A DNA stretch of 63,006 nucleotides, counting the filler, from Octopus bimaculoides (taxonomy: Eukaryota), in NCBI RefSeq assembly GCF_001194135.2. It is 7 parts of 7 records of this genome, joined end to end, with 100 filler letters (N's around TTAATTAATTAA, not from the genome) between each part and the next. Parts side by side here need not be neighbours in the genome. Positions count along the whole stretch, not along the records: positions 12,528 to 42,048 come from NC_068988.1; positions 42,149 to 55,610 come from NC_068981.1; 5 more parts are not named here. The stretch is one strand, 5' to 3'. The notes beneath the pieces were generated by a model. The model worked only from the letters and a program-made list of their open reading frames with translations. It made no database searches and was not told where the DNA came from. A program made the position numbers and the translations under genes. The number at the start of each line of letters is the position of its first letter. The stretch's first letter is position 1. This document shows, one piece after another, positions 38,438 to 52,734 of this stretch.

Positions 38438-39401
38438 CAACCTAATGTGGTAGTCCCATTTGGGACGAATGCTACTGTAGTTTAGCCCCAGGAGACAACA
38501 GTAGCATTTGTCCCAAACGGGACTGCTACATTAGGTTGGCAAATAATCATTACTGTAAAGTAATGCTACTGAATATGTCTCATTGAGAGATTTAGAAACA
38601 ATAATGTTTCTACTCTCTCACACTCACACACACACACAAACACACAATAAAAGTGTCAAGAATCAAGGTATTTAAATAAGAATAACACAAAGGTAATGAT
38701 GCAATTCTTTTGTTCATCAATAATGAACACATGAACCTCAAGCCACTTGTGTTGTTTTTACACACACACACACACATGCATTTGTGTGTACATGTGTATT
38801 TATGTGTGTATATATGCATATACACAGACATACAGAAAATGCACACACACACAAAATACATACACATTCATCGTTTTAAAAATATTACTTTAAAGTATTA
38901 ATTCAAAATAGTAATGCAATTTCATAAGAAAAGCTATTAGAGTGACCTCATTTGTATGAAGTTTAAGATATTTGGAATATTCCCATGAGAACCAGAAATG
39001 AAATGGAAAACATGAGCTTGGAGCAACCATTTTTGTATGCATCACACACAAGAATTTTTTCTTAAAAAGTGAACATGAAAGATAAGCATTTTCTTCAAAA
39101 ATTTCATGTAATGTTTCAAAGATGCATTCAATGAACTAAATTTCAAAGGAAAAGCAGGTCTGGATTATTTGCTGAGTGATTGGAAATGTGTAACTTAGAG
39201 TATTGGAATGAAGAGGATTTCAGTTGTAATGTATTAAAAGAACATTCTACACTTCTGCATTGAGTTTTGTAAGTTATCACTTCAAGTGAATCAACAGATA
39301 TGTGTGTGTGTGTGTGTGTGTGTGCATGCGTGCGTGTGTGCTCATCATTCCTTTCAAATGTCATTCCATCCATCCATTTATTTAAATATCAACCTACCTA
39401 C

Positions 39402-39441
<40 letters not shown>

Positions 39442-39989
39442 TCATCTATCTGTCTGTCTATCTGTCTATCTATCTCTCAGTCTATCAATCCATCTGTCTT
39501 TCCACATCATTATTTCTTGTTATCTTTCTAATATTCCTACATTAAATATGTCACTACTAACTTACCTCCAGCTACATTTGATTGGTTTATCTCTGTTTTA
39601 GATCAGTTGGAGTGAAGTTGTCCAGCTCTTTCTAATAAAATAACATTAAGTGAGATCTTAAAGAGATATTTTATAGGACTGGTGCCAATGGACTGAGACA
39701 AAATCAATACTATTGATTTTGTCTTCTGTTAGTCATTCAATAATTTCTTGTGACTCAACTAATATGTAGGTAGGTTGTTATGGATGTTGGAGACATCAAC
39801 TGCATGGAAGAAAAAGAGCTGAAGTATTCAGGATAATAAATATCACAAAATCCCTTAACACTGACATAATGTAACCTCGTTATGATAGGAATAGATCTCA
39901 ATCATTTTTATGTAAGTTGTTTTGTTTTTTTTTCTAATATATATTTAGAATAGTTTTAAATAGTTTACTAACTGTCATGTCAGCAAATC

Positions 39990-40325
39990 AAACAGTGGCC
40001 ACAGGAAGTTTTATTCAACAAGCACTCTTCAGGAAAAAGACCACCAACTCAAAACAGCACTGAAAGCCATTGGAATTGAGCCTAAATCATTTGAAACACA
40101 AATCTGAGATTGTACAAAGTTGCAGTGTTTCATCACCGTTGGAACCAAAACCTTCAAAGTTACCGGAAGAGAAATAGAAGAAATCAAATGACGGGAGAGA
40201 AAGGCTCAACAAAACCAACCTCATACTCCACCAAGATTACCATGCAATCAATGCCATTGACCCTTCCCAGCAAGAATTAGTCTACTTAGTCATCAATGCC
40301 ATCACCATAAAAGAAGTGTTTAGCA
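39990..40325 (+). mobile_element. RTE (BovB-like) LINE 3' fragment
   Basis: LKTALKAIGIEPKSFETQI*...LPCNQCH*PFPARISLLSHQCHH. Confidence 0.75.
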
Positions 40326-40378
40326 AAGAAGAAAATAAATTCTTAGACACAAGATAAAACTGCCACTGCTGACATATA

Positions 40379-40866
40379 CCGTAAATCCTCGAGTATAATC
40401 CGCATTTTTTTCCCAAAATTTAATGGTCAAAATCCCTAGTGCGTACTATATACGAGGTTAAAAATGAAACATATTTTCTAAGCAATGTCCCAGTCTCTAT
40501 TTGCTGTCCGGCAATGTTTATTCAGACGCATTTTGTGATGTCTGGCTTGTAACTGATAGTGATAAATATGTAAAGGCAATTTATTTAATATTTATTTTTC
40601 ACTGACGTTATTACTGTTATTTCTATATTTTCTGCAAACAAAGTGCACAAAAAAGCTACACGTTTGCATTATGTTATATATACAATAATAATAAAGGACG
40701 TTACCAGATATATGCTTACAAACCAAGGATGTTATATAGACCTCTTTGACTCCAGTTAGAGAAGGGGTACGTATTATACACAAGGTTTAGGTTTTTCAGA
40801 GGTACAGTCCCCTAAAAATCCCCTGCGTATTATAATCAAGGGCGGACTATACTCAAGGATTTACAG
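40379..40866. mobile_element. Tc1/mariner superfamily (pogo/Tc2-like) MITE
   Basis: 25-bp TIR CCGTAAATCCTCGAGTATAATCCGC vs CTGTAAATCCTTGAGTATAGTCCGC (3 mismatches); TA on both sides. Confidence 0.88.
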
Positions 40867-41249
40867 TATATACATGCAAGAAATAAAGGATCAAAGCTCC
40901 TTCCCAAGCCATATGTTTTTAAGGCCAATTTCCTAGATTCTGTGGTGTATATATTCATCCAGTGGGTTGGCCACTGGGTCTGTTGCAGGGTTACCTAATT
41001 TTTGTCAGTTGAGTGGAGTGGACTAACATGAAATGAAGTGTTTCTACTGGAGAACCCGGTCCAGGAATCAAAACTAAAATCTTACAATCACGAGTGCAAC
41101 ATTGTAACCACTAAACCATGCACATCTACATATATGCACACACACACACACATACATGCACACACATGTACATACATGTGTACACACACACATATACACA
41201 TATGTACATACACATATATGTATACACATACACACACACATAAGTATAT

Positions 41250-42048
41250 ATAGTGAGTTATGTTGATGCCACTTGATGCAACCCTCAGGTATCAGTCTGC
41301 CAACAGGCATCGTCAGGTGAAGTTGTACTGCCACATGATGCATCTTGGTTTTGCAGTGCTTCTCCCCTGTTCATCAATTTTTGTGATGGTTGAAACAAAG
41401 GAATAGCGTGCTTCCATGAAATTGTTTTCTGCTGGGGAAAATTGCTACTGAAACAGTTATCATGCTTCAAACAGCTTTCAAGGATGCTGACATGAGAAAA
41501 ACACAAGCTTATGCATGGTTTCCATGCTTTAGGAATGGTCACTTTTCACTTGAAGACCAACTTCATTCAAGATTACCGTTGACCTCCTGAACAAATGAAA
41601 ACATCATGAAAATTCATGAACTGATCTTAGAGGGCCATCAACAAACAATTGATATGACTAGTGTGTCCTGGAGCTCCTGCAACGAATTTGATCAAGGAAT
41701 TGTGAATAAAAAGAACTGCAGTAAAATTTTTGCCTCGTTTGCTGAAGGAAGATCAAAAGCAGTCATGACTGAATGCATGTCATGAACTGAAAGAACAGCT
41801 GGAAGTTGATCTGGACCTTTTTCAAAGGTCATCACTGGTGACGAAAGCTGGTGCTACAGAATTTGCAGATATGGAAGAGGTGAAGAAAATAACACTCTAG
41901 GCATTAAAAGGCAACACTCCGCAAAAGTTCCAGCACTTCTTCGAACAGAGGAAAATGCATCTGAGACAATGCATTGCTTTAAATGGAGAATATTTTCAAG
42001 GTGATAAAAGTGTAAACATTGTAGTAAGGAAGAGTATCCAGTTGAAAA
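41250..42048 (+). pseudogene. Degenerate, internally deleted mariner transposase
   Basis: GKIATETVIMLQTAFKDADMRKTQAYAWF..F.NG..SLED (HTH); VITGDESWCY near 41830 (first catalytic Asp). Confidence 0.88.
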
Positions 42049-42147
42049 NNNNNNNNNNNNNNNNNNNNNNNNNNNNNNNNNNNNNNNNNNNNTTAATTAA
42101 TTAANNNNNNNNNNNNNNNNNNNNNNNNNNNNNNNNNNNNNNNNNNN

Positions 42148-42600
42148 NCGTTTGTCTGTCCTTGTTTGTCCCCTCTCTGTTTAGCCCCTTTGTGGGCAAT
42201 AAAGGAATAAGAAACTTTAGCACGCCGGGCGAAATGCTTAGCGGTATTTCGTCTGCCGTTACGTTCTCAGTTCAAATTCCGCCGAGGTCGACTTTGCCTT
42301 TCATCCTTTCGGGGGTTGATAAATTAAGTACCAGTTACGCACTAGGGTTGATGTAATCGACTTAATCCGTTTGTCTGTCCTTGTTTGTCCCCTCTCTGTT
42401 TAGCCCCTTTGTGGGCAATAAAGGAATAAGAAACTTTAGCACGCCGGGCGAAATGCTTAGCGGTATTTCGTCTGCCGTCACGTTCTGAGTTCAAATTCCG
42501 CCGAGGTCGACGTTGCCTTTCATCCTTTCGGGGTTGATAAATTAAGTACCAGTTGCGTACTGGGGTTGATTTAATCGACTGGCTCCTTCCCCAAAAATTT
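42148..42600 (+). repeat. Tandem pair (about 220 bp unit) of family D SINE
   Basis: CGTTTGTCTGTCCTTGTTTGTCCCCTCTCTG..AGCACGCCGGGCGAAATGCTTAGCGG..GCCTTTCATCCTTTCGGGG repeated at 42148 and 42368. Confidence 0.88.
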
Positions 42601-43103
42601 CGGGCCTTGTGCCTAGCGTGACAAAGATTATTTAATGTGCTTTTCACTTTTTTAAAGACAGCAGTGTGTAATTTTGGTTAGATTTGGCTGCTGTTTCTAA
42701 CAGCTTGAGTGACTCCATAGTCGCGCATGCATACCAGGTTCCCCTCTCTACGCAACCGATGATACCCAAGGGAAAGGCAAAGGGGCCGATACAGCTTGGC
42801 ACCAGTGACGCCGCAACTCATTTCCACAGCCGAGTGAACCGGAGCAACGTGAAATAAAGTGTTCGTGAACACAGCACAACACAACACACAGCCTGGTCTG
42901 GGAACCGAACTCACTACCATACGATCCCGACCCTCTAACCACTGAGCCATGCGCCTTCACAATTTGAAAATATAAAATACAATATAATATAACACTATAA
43001 CACAATATATGTATATATTCTTTTCTACTCTGGGCACAAGGCCTGGAGTAAACTGAACAATTATCTTGAAACGATTTCAGTACTACGCAACAGAATTGAA
43101 CTA

Positions 43104-43155
<52 letters not shown>

Positions 43156-43183
43156 AACAATCTCTCTCTCTCACTCTCTCTCC

Positions 43184-43225
<42 letters not shown>

Positions 43226-43382
43226 ATCTCCCTCTCTCACTCACACATACACAAACGCACAGGCACACACACATACACCTTACATACAGATACCAGAGAC
43301 ATGCATGGTAGTATAATTGCGTGTATGTGTTTGTATTTATACGTATGTATGTATGTGTGTGTGTTTATCTCAGCATGGTAAC

Positions 43383-43533
43383 CTTCAATGCTTCAATATC
43401 TTCAACAGCTCGACAGACTTCAGGCCTATTAAATAAATATGTTATTATGGGATGGCGGGACAGCGCCCATGACCTTTTCCTTAGTGGTGACATTAATGCA
43501 GCTGATGCACAGCTTAAATTTTTGCAAGTTAAT
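43383..43533 (-). CDS. Candidate exon of unknown gene
   Basis: gtttgtccttcatag| acceptor, 151 nt open frame LTCKNLSCASAALMSPLRKRSWALSRHPIITYLFNRPEVCRAVEDIEALK, weak donor gttacc; unique sequence, no recognised family. Confidence 0.3.
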
Positions 43534-44132
43534 CTATGAAGGACAAACGTTCATAGGAGAAATCACGTGATTGCGATTGTCAAATTGTTAACTACACTAA
43601 CATAAGCCATTAGTCAAGCACACACACACGCGCGCACGCACGCATGAACGCTCACAAACGCACACACACATACACACACACGAGCCAATGAGGAAGCTTT
43701 GTTGCAGTCACATGACCAATTATGAGCATCAGTCACCTATTTTTCTTTTTTTAAAAACATGACGTATTGGACAGTATAGTTTCTGCTTTACAAAATGACG
43801 GAATGGTCATGGCTGGATTGTCAGAAATTGTACAGAAGGACAACAAAAGAACACAAGGAAAATTCACATAGAAGACGTAGACATGCCGTTTCCCCATCAA
43901 TTATTGTTCAAAAATCATTAGAGTTTCACGCCTTTAATGATAAGATTCTTCATTTTCATGGCGTCAACAGCAAAAAGTTGCTGAGAATAAGTGAGCGAAA
44001 GTAAAGGACGGTGACGGAAACAGTCAAATGACACAGACAGTTGGCACAAATATAAATATACATACAAAATAAAGGCCTTACGACTATGAGACAGCTTTAA
44101 GGCAAGAAATGTGTACACACACACACAAACAA

Positions 44133-44164
<32 letters not shown>

Positions 44165-44177
44165 GTATATATATATG

Positions 44178-44218
<41 letters not shown>

Positions 44219-45829
44219 TTATTTATTTATTTATGTGTTTCAGCCAAGTGGCTGCGGTCATGCTGGTGCACATATATATATAATCATAAAGAGAAAATGT
44301 TTTGAGAACTTGAATAAAAGGAGGAAGGTATTTGCATCTTTATGAAAATATGCTACCGGTTTCAATTGTTTAAGATTATTTAGTTATGCAGTACGAAAAG
44401 GGGGAAATTGAATTGAATGGAATTAATCTTTCATTGTAGCAGTTCTGAAAGTCTACGTTTTCCTTCTATTTTTTCTATATTTGATTTTTATTTTCCTTTT
44501 TCTTTTCATATATATTTTTATCCAACCCCCATAACCACCAAGCCATGCACCGTGAAGATGCTTGTCCTAGTGGTCAGAGTGTTACACTCGCAATCGAAAC
44601 ATTCCAGTTTCAATTCCCGGAACAAACAGTGCGTTGTGGCCTTGAGCAAAACGCTTTATTTCACATTGCTCCAATTCATTCAGCCGCAAATGAGTTCCAG
44701 CAATAGATGGGACGTTAACCCTGTGATAGACTGGCATCCCATCCATGAAGGACTGTTGCAATCCCAGTCGCTTGTACACCATGGAATCTGGGTGAAGCTC
44801 AATCTATTTGAGTCCTAGTAACCATAAAAGACCTCAGTTTATGTCCATATTTTATTCTTTGTTTTTATGGTCAGTCTTTACTCTAAATACCCCTGCCATT
44901 ACAACTGCTCATTGCTAACTACAACAGCTCACATTAATTCATTAATAATCTTTTCTACTAAAGGGACAAGGCCTGAAATTTGTTAGTTACATCGATCCCC
45001 AGTGCACAACTGGAACTTATTTCATCGATCGTTAAGTAATGAAAAGTAGTGTGCCAACTGTTCTACCTGCTCACCGGCTTAATTAATTAATTAATTAATT
45101 AATACGACCTATCAAATAATAAATTGTAAAAGGGCAATGACTTTACTTTCTGGCCTAATTAAAAGCGATCTTTTCCTCCACACTTGAAATAATGATCAAT
45201 GGAGCCACTTGGCCGTTATCAGTTACCATTCCCACCAAGCAATCATTGACAGATAATATACTCATGAACCCTGTATCACCCCCATATCTCACATTTATAT
45301 ACAACACACCTACACAAACACTCGAAATTCACTTTACTCTCTTAGCCAATAATGTGTGACTTCTCTTCAAATCTAAAAGATAATCACCTCATTCACTTCC
45401 CGACACGCTTCACATTGGCCCACACCACGCAAACGTTTCGAACATCTTACGCTGGTTACATGATTGATTCCTTTTCGCCAAGTATAAGCAGGTAATTCTG
45501 TGTGAAGTTAATTAGTAGAAACTTGATATGTACCAGTAATTTGAGATTGGTTTGTCTTTTTATCATAATATTATAAATTACATCATCTTTACAAGTGTTT
45601 CCACTTGCGAATACTAATATGCTGTGAGAAAATCGTTACGCGAACAATTGTAAGTTCACGCAAAAATACCAGGTCTCCAGAAGACAATAATAATTTAAAC
45701 AATTGTTATTTACCATCTTACGTGGGTTGACATATACATACATAATCTCTCACACACACAAATACACACACACACATATCAAAAACAGGATCAAAGATCC
45801 TTCCTGAACAATAGGCTCCTAAGGCTGGT

Positions 45830-45990
45830 TTGCGTATATTCCCCATTCCTTGGACGGAACGAGTTGTAAACATCACAACTCCAAACAAACACTATATTGG
45901 CCATACATGTACGACACTTGCACAACAATTCTCCACGCATTTACAAGTGTCAACTACATTGAACTACATCACACAACAAAACTTAAAAAC
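45830..45990 (+). mobile_element. Possible Penelope-like GIY-YIG endonuclease remnant
   Basis: HYIGHTCTTLAQQFSTHLQ resembles YIG.T...L..R...H of Penelope endonucleases. Confidence 0.45.
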
Positions 45991-46079
45991 TGGTTAAGAC
46001 GAAAAGATTAGTAAATATGACAGAGATCTTTGTACCAAAAGTGTTCACGAACGTTCGTTGCATAATTCAATCATTAAGA

Positions 46080-46430
46080 ACTGTGTGCTGAGAAGTTTGC
46101 TTCCCAACCATGAGGCATCTTGGGCAAGAGTTTTCTGCTATAGCCTCGGGTCGACCAAAGCCTTGTTAATGGATTTGGTAGACGGAAATTGAAAGAAGTT
46201 CGTCATGTGTGTGTGTGTGTCCTTGTGACTATGTTTGTCCCCCACCACCGCTTAACAACCAGCGCTGGTCTGTTTATGTCCCCGAAGTGAGAGTTTCGGC
46301 AAAGGAGAACGATCGGACAAGTACCAGCCTTTAAAAAAAAATAATTACTGGGGTCGATTCACTCGACGAAAAATTCTGCAAGGTGGTGCTCCAGTATGGC
46401 TGCAGTCTAATGACTGAAACAAGTAAAAAA
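46080..46430 (+). mobile_element. Family B SINE
   Basis: Head, (TG)n spacer and tail as in 28240-28670. Confidence 0.85.
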
Positions 46431-47334
46431 AAACATATATAAAAAAGAAATAAATAAATAGGAATTCACTCCAGTAATGAGTTGAAAACTTGGTTTTCAG
46501 CAACTGGACAAAGTTATATAGAATTGATTAAGCTATATAAAACTCCGAGCTGATAAATCTTCCCTTTTAGTAAATATTTACAAAATTTCATAAAACCAAC
46601 TGTAGTAATAAGTTGATAATAATATAGAAACGGCTAAAAGAAAGAATAGTTACTTCGTTCTTTGTTTCTCTGGGATTTTTTTCTTTTTTTCTTCGTGTAT
46701 AACAACGCCGAACTGTCCATAGAAGGCATCAGAGTAATCAAAAATTCGATGTCAAAATTACACAACTGCTGTTAATAATGGCTACTAGACAGGATGAAAT
46801 AGTATTGAACTAATAACCTTTCCAGGTTTTAACCAAAACATACAAACAATCGAATAGAATTCATTTCCTTCGGCGCCAAAAGCAACCAGTGGATGTTTGT
46901 AAGAGAGAGAAAGAGAGCGCGCATGCGTGTGTGTATACNNNNNNNNNNNNNNNNNNNNNNNNNNNNNNNNNNNNNNNNNNNNNNNNNNNNNNNNNNNNNN
47001 NNNNNNNNNNNNNNNNNNNNNNNNNNNNNNNNNNNNNNNNNNNNNNNNNNNNNNNNNNNNNNNNNNNNNNNNNNNNNNNNNNNNNNNNNNNNNNNNNNNN
47101 NNNNNNNNNNNNNNNNTATATACACATATATACATATGCATATATATTATATATATTATATATACACACACATATATACATATACACATATATACATACA
47201 TATATATATATATACATACATATATATATATATATATATACATAAATGTATATATATATGTGATATATAAATATATAAATGTATACGTGTGTGCGTATAT
47301 ATATATATATGTACATGCACATACACATGCATAC

Positions 47335-47372
<38 letters not shown>

Positions 47373-47382
47373 NNNNNNNNNN

Positions 47383-47415
<33 letters not shown>

Positions 47416-48039
47416 AATATATATGTATGTATGTATGCATGTACATGCACACACACATGCATGCATACATACATACATATACATATATGTAACGGAACAT
47501 ATTACATACATATAATCACATGTACATCTATATGTATACACATGTTTTTATTTATATTCATTAATGTATATTTTATTTATGGACACACACACACACACTC
47601 ACGTACACACTCACGTACACACACACACGTATATGCTTGGTTATTATATAATTATTGTATGTGTGATTATGAGAGAGGAAAACGCTAGCGATTTATAAAC
47701 ATGAACAGAATACCCAAAGTAAAAGAAAAATACAAAAAGTGGTGGAGAAAAAAAAAAGAAGAAGAGGATATAATGCCACAAATCAATTAGTTTTCGTCCT
47801 ATTCCATTCGTCACCCCAACTAGTTCAATTGGTTGTTTTGTTTGTGATCCTGCTAAATACTGTATCAGGGCCGATATTTCATCAATATGTAGAGGATATG
47901 AGATTTATAGAAGTGAAAGACTAAATGAGAAACGTAATCCTGAGGAAGAAGCTGTTGGAGAGAAGATAGAGTTGGGGAGAAGAAGAGAGAGAGAAGCACC
48001 GAGAGAAAGAGAAGAAAGGGAGGGGGAGAAGAAGGAGAA

Positions 48040-48620
48040 TTAATAAAGGGGGGAGAGAGTGGAAAGCGATGAAATTGAATGAAAAGCAGACGATAGAATT
48101 GGAAAATGAAACTCCAGAGAAAAAGATTGACGGAGAACGAATGAAAAAATGCTTGAAAGAAGAAAATGGAGAGAAGTAAGAGCTGGCTAGAAAGACAGAG
48201 CAGTGATAGAGGGGTTGAAGGAGAATTAGGAGAAGAGGGATATGCAATGAAATTGAGGGGAAAGCAGACGATAGAATTGGAAAATGAAACTTCACAGAAA
48301 AAGATTGAAAGAGAACGAATGAAAAAAATGTCAAAAGAAGGAAATGGGGAGGAGAAAGAGTAAGAGAAACAAGGAGTGATTGAGAGAGACAGACGAAATG
48401 TAATAAAAATGAGAGAAAGAAGACGATGGAAATGAAAATAAGATCTCACAGAAAAAGATTGAAAAACGAATGAAAAGCATGCCAGAAAGAAGAAACGGAA
48501 GAGAAGTGAGAGTTAGAGAGAGACAGAGCGGGTAATAAAGAGAGAGGGTGAGAGAGAAAGAGCGGAAGAGGGAAAAGCAATGAACTTGAAAAAGAAGCAG
48601 ACGATAGAAATGAAAGTATA
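48040..48620 (+). repeat. Degenerate purine-rich tandem repeat, about 170-180 bp period
   Basis: AAGCAGACGATAGAATTGGAAAATGAAACT..AGAAAAAGATTGA..GAACGAATGAAAA recurs at about 48085, 48263, 48420, 48595. Confidence 0.7.
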
Positions 48621-48664
48621 TAAACAAACATGGAAACAAGTTTGACGGAGAGAGAGGGGGGAGG

Positions 48665-48721
<57 letters not shown>

Positions 48722-48803
48722 NNNNNNNNNNNNNNNNNNNNNNNNNNNNNNNNNNNNNNNNNNNNNNNNNNNNNNNNNNNNNNNNNNNNNNNNNNNNNNN
48801 NNN

Positions 48804-48871
<68 letters not shown>

Positions 48872-49360
48872 GATGAAAAAAATACGGTCGAAACAAGAAA
48901 ATTGGGAAGAAGCATTAAAAGAATACCCGAAAGAATGAAATAAAATAGCGAGTAAATGAATGAATGAATGAATGAATGAATGAATGAATGAATGAACGAA
49001 AGAAAAAAAAGAACGAGAAAAAACAAAATTCGATAAAAAAAAATAATAAAGTAAAACAGCAAAAGTATTAAAAAATGGCAAAGGTTGAAAGAAGGAAAGA
49101 ATCCTAGCAAAATAATGTCTAACAAAGAGGCAGGAATTGATATTGGTTTGAAAACCATATTGCGGAAATTAGGAAATTTAGTGAAATGTGCGCTAGTATG
49201 AATACCTGTATAGATTAAAGATTTTGTATGGACAAATATATAACGAACGCTGTGGATTCCATTGATATGTATAGTTGTATATACATATGTGTGTATATAT
49301 GTACATACATATTATATATATACATATATGTGTGCGTGTATATATGTATGTATATATATG

Positions 49361-49401
<41 letters not shown>

Positions 49402-50274
49402 ACACTTATACACGTGTATGTGTGTATGTTTGTGCGTGTATTATATAAGTAAATATCAATATGCGTGTGTGTATGTGTGCAATTATGCACTACATATATA
49501 ACTGTACATNNNNNNNNNNNNNNNNNNNNNNNNNNNNNNNNNNNNNNNNNNNNNNNNNNNNNNNNNNNNNNNNNNNNNNNNNNNNNNNNNNNNNNNNNNN
49601 NNNNNNNNNNNNNNNNNNNNNNNNNNNNNNNNNNNNNNNNNNNNNNNNNNNNNNNNNNNNNNNNNNNNNNNNNNNNNNNNNNNNNNNNNNNNNNNNNNNN
49701 NNNNNNNNNNNNNNNNNNNNNNNNNNNNNNNNNNNNNNNNNNNNNNNNNNNNNNNNNNNNNNNNNNNNNNNGCATAGATGTGCATATACACATATACAAT
49801 ATATAAGCACATATATGTATATGTACATATATAATTATAATTATATATCTATAGTTACATATCCGTAAATATATATATATATACATACACACATACATGC
49901 ACACATATTATAAATTAAAAACACACGCTACATAATGTTTGTGTGTGTGTGTGTGTGTGTGCGTGTGTGTGTATAACATGATTAGTCTGAAATCCTAATA
50001 TTAATATTCTAGTATGAATACCTGTATAGATTAAAGATTTTGTATGGACAAATATATATTGAACTCCGTCGCTACTTATTGATATATGCCCGTTCACTAC
50101 TCTTTAGAAATAATCTAGCGAAAATATATACACCCACGGCCCTTTTCTCCCTCTCTTTCTCTTTCTAATCTGTCATTTTTATAAGCATTCCCCTCCCCCT
50201 CCCTCCCCTTCTCTCTCTTTCTACCACACTCCTCTCACATATATTTAAGCATTTTTGTCCGTTTTGTGCGTATA

Positions 50275-50505
50275 CAGCAATCCCTCGATTAACGCGGGTG
50301 TTACGTTCCAACCCCACCCCACTCGTGATAGGTGAAAATCCGCGAAGTGGAAACAGTACTGTATTGTATGTTCTTTATTATATTTATTTTTATAATTTGT
50401 CTATATTTATTTTATTATAAATGCAAAGCAACACCGCGTTGGAATCGACGTAAGCTTAAATAATAAACCGCAATAGGTGAACCGCGATATGGCGAGGGAT
50501 TATTG
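50275..50505. mobile_element. Tigger/pogo-like MITE
   Basis: TA-CAGCAATCCCTCGATTAACGCGG vs reverse complement TA-CAATAATCCCTCGCCATATCGCGG. Confidence 0.8.
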
Positions 50506-51127
50506 TATCTCTATAATTATGTGTATGGTTTCGTACTTTTGTAGTTTAGTATATTTGTATAACTTAGTGTGGAGACAAGACTGATCCCATCACATTTGCA
50601 GGTCATGCAATGCTTTTAATCTTTTCGGTGTAATTATTATGAAACAGCTAACTAATGTATTAATTTTTTGTAGTGTATTTAATGTAATTTTAAAATCTTA
50701 CTTAATCGGACATCGATGTGTAATATGTGTATAGGCATATGTGTGTTCAATTAGGTAAATCACAAACAAATGCAGAGAAAACAAAAGCAAAAAGAAAAAA
50801 AACAAGAAACAAGAGTACGAAATAACATAGTGTTTGAATCAGTGAAAGAGTGAAAGTCGTTGTTTCGAGCATTTGCCCATTGTCAAGAAAGAAAGCAGAG
50901 AGAAATCAAAAATATTGGAAGGGAAAAGATCATAGAGTCAGAAATAAAATATGCTGGACTAGTACGAAGGAAGTAATTAGAAAAACAGAAAGCGTTTTTC
51001 AGCAGAGAAGAGCGTCCGTACAGCAAAATAAATGAGCGTGAAAAGCGTGGGTGTTAATAATGACAGATTGACAGAGACATACAGAAAGATCGAGTGATCG
51101 ATAACCAGCTGGTGTATGTACATACAT

Positions 51128-51198
<71 letters not shown>

Positions 51199-51289
51199 NN
51201 NNNNNNNNNNNNNNNNNNNNNNNNNNNNNNNNNNNNNNNNNNNNNNNNNNNNNNNNNNNNNNNNNNNNNNNNNNNNNNNNNNNNNNNNG

Positions 51290-51462
51290 GAGCACCGCTT
51301 TTAGTCAGACAAATCGACCCCGGGACTTATTCTTTGTAAGCCTAGTACTTATTTTATTGGTCTCTTTTGCTGAACCGCTAGGTTACGGGGACATAAGCAC
51401 TACAACATCGGTTATCAAGCGATGATGGGGGTGGGCAAACACAGGCACAAACACTCAAATAC

Positions 51463-51493
<31 letters not shown>

Positions 51494-51670
51494 CACACAC
51501 CATGTATGTGTGTATATACACACACACACACACATGACGAGATTCTTTCAGTTTCCATCTACCAAATCCACTCACATAGCTTTGGTCGGCTATAGTGGAA
51601 GACACTTGTACAAGGTGCCACGCAGTGAGACTGAACCCAGAGCCATGTGGTTTGGAAGCAAGCTTCTCAC
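51290..51670 (-). mobile_element. Family B SINE
   Basis: Reverse-orientation tail, spacer and head, as in 27775-28215. Confidence 0.85.
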
Positions 51671-52734
51671 CTGCGACTATTGAATATTGTTCCTTTGTCT
51701 TTTCCTTCTTTTCTTTTTTTGTGGGGTGGGGGGCGGTTCATTTAACGGACTTTTCATGGCCCTCGTACGGACTCTAACCAAATTTTGAGTCGAGGCAAAC
51801 AAAAAAAAGAAGGTATTTGGCCTTTTGCTAAAATTTGATACCAATGTCACATCTAACTGGACTCAACACACTACTACTACTACTACAATTGCTACTACTA
51901 CCACCACCACCACTACTACTACTTCTAACTCCTACTACTACTACCACCACCATCATACCTTTACCCTCTTTCTCCCCTCTTCCTCATCCCCTCCTGCTCC
52001 TGCTTATCATCATCATCATTATAGCCATTATATGGTCACCACCGTCATCGTCGTCGTCGTCGTCATCATCATCAACATCAACATCAGTGCCTCCATCATA
52101 ATCGTCACCATCATCGTAGTCATAGCCATTATATTCATAGCAGACTTTACAGGCGACCGTATCTGACAGGAGTCCAGGCTATGGATCAATAACCAATATT
52201 ACATGTAACTAAGGGGAGAGAAGACAGAAACGTTTACAAACCGGACAAAATGCTTCGTGGCATTTCGTTAGTCTTTACGTCCTGAGTTCAAATTCAACCG
52301 AGATCGATTTTGCTTTTCATCCTTATAAACACACACATACACGCGCGCGCGCGTACATCCCTGTGTGTGTGAGCGTGTGCCATGTCATTGCTACCTCTTT
52401 CGAATCCGTTCGTTTGTTCGCCCAAACTACATCGTCACTGCCTTATATATATATATATATGTATGGGAGAATGTACGAAAAAACAACAACAGACGAGGAC
52501 AGGTGGTGTAAACAACAAAAGGATGTATTAGTATTGGATTTAACCAAACCCAAGAGGATACAGGTAATACCGAGTAAGTGCTGTATACCGACTAGTTTGC
52601 CCCAGTCGTTGTATGAACAGGATTGGGTATTATAATTCGTGTATTAGCGTGTGTATATGTAAATATATAAAAATATAAAAATAAAAATAAAAAGATAAAG
52701 AGAGCAATGGTAAGGTTGGAGAAGTATTTTATGG

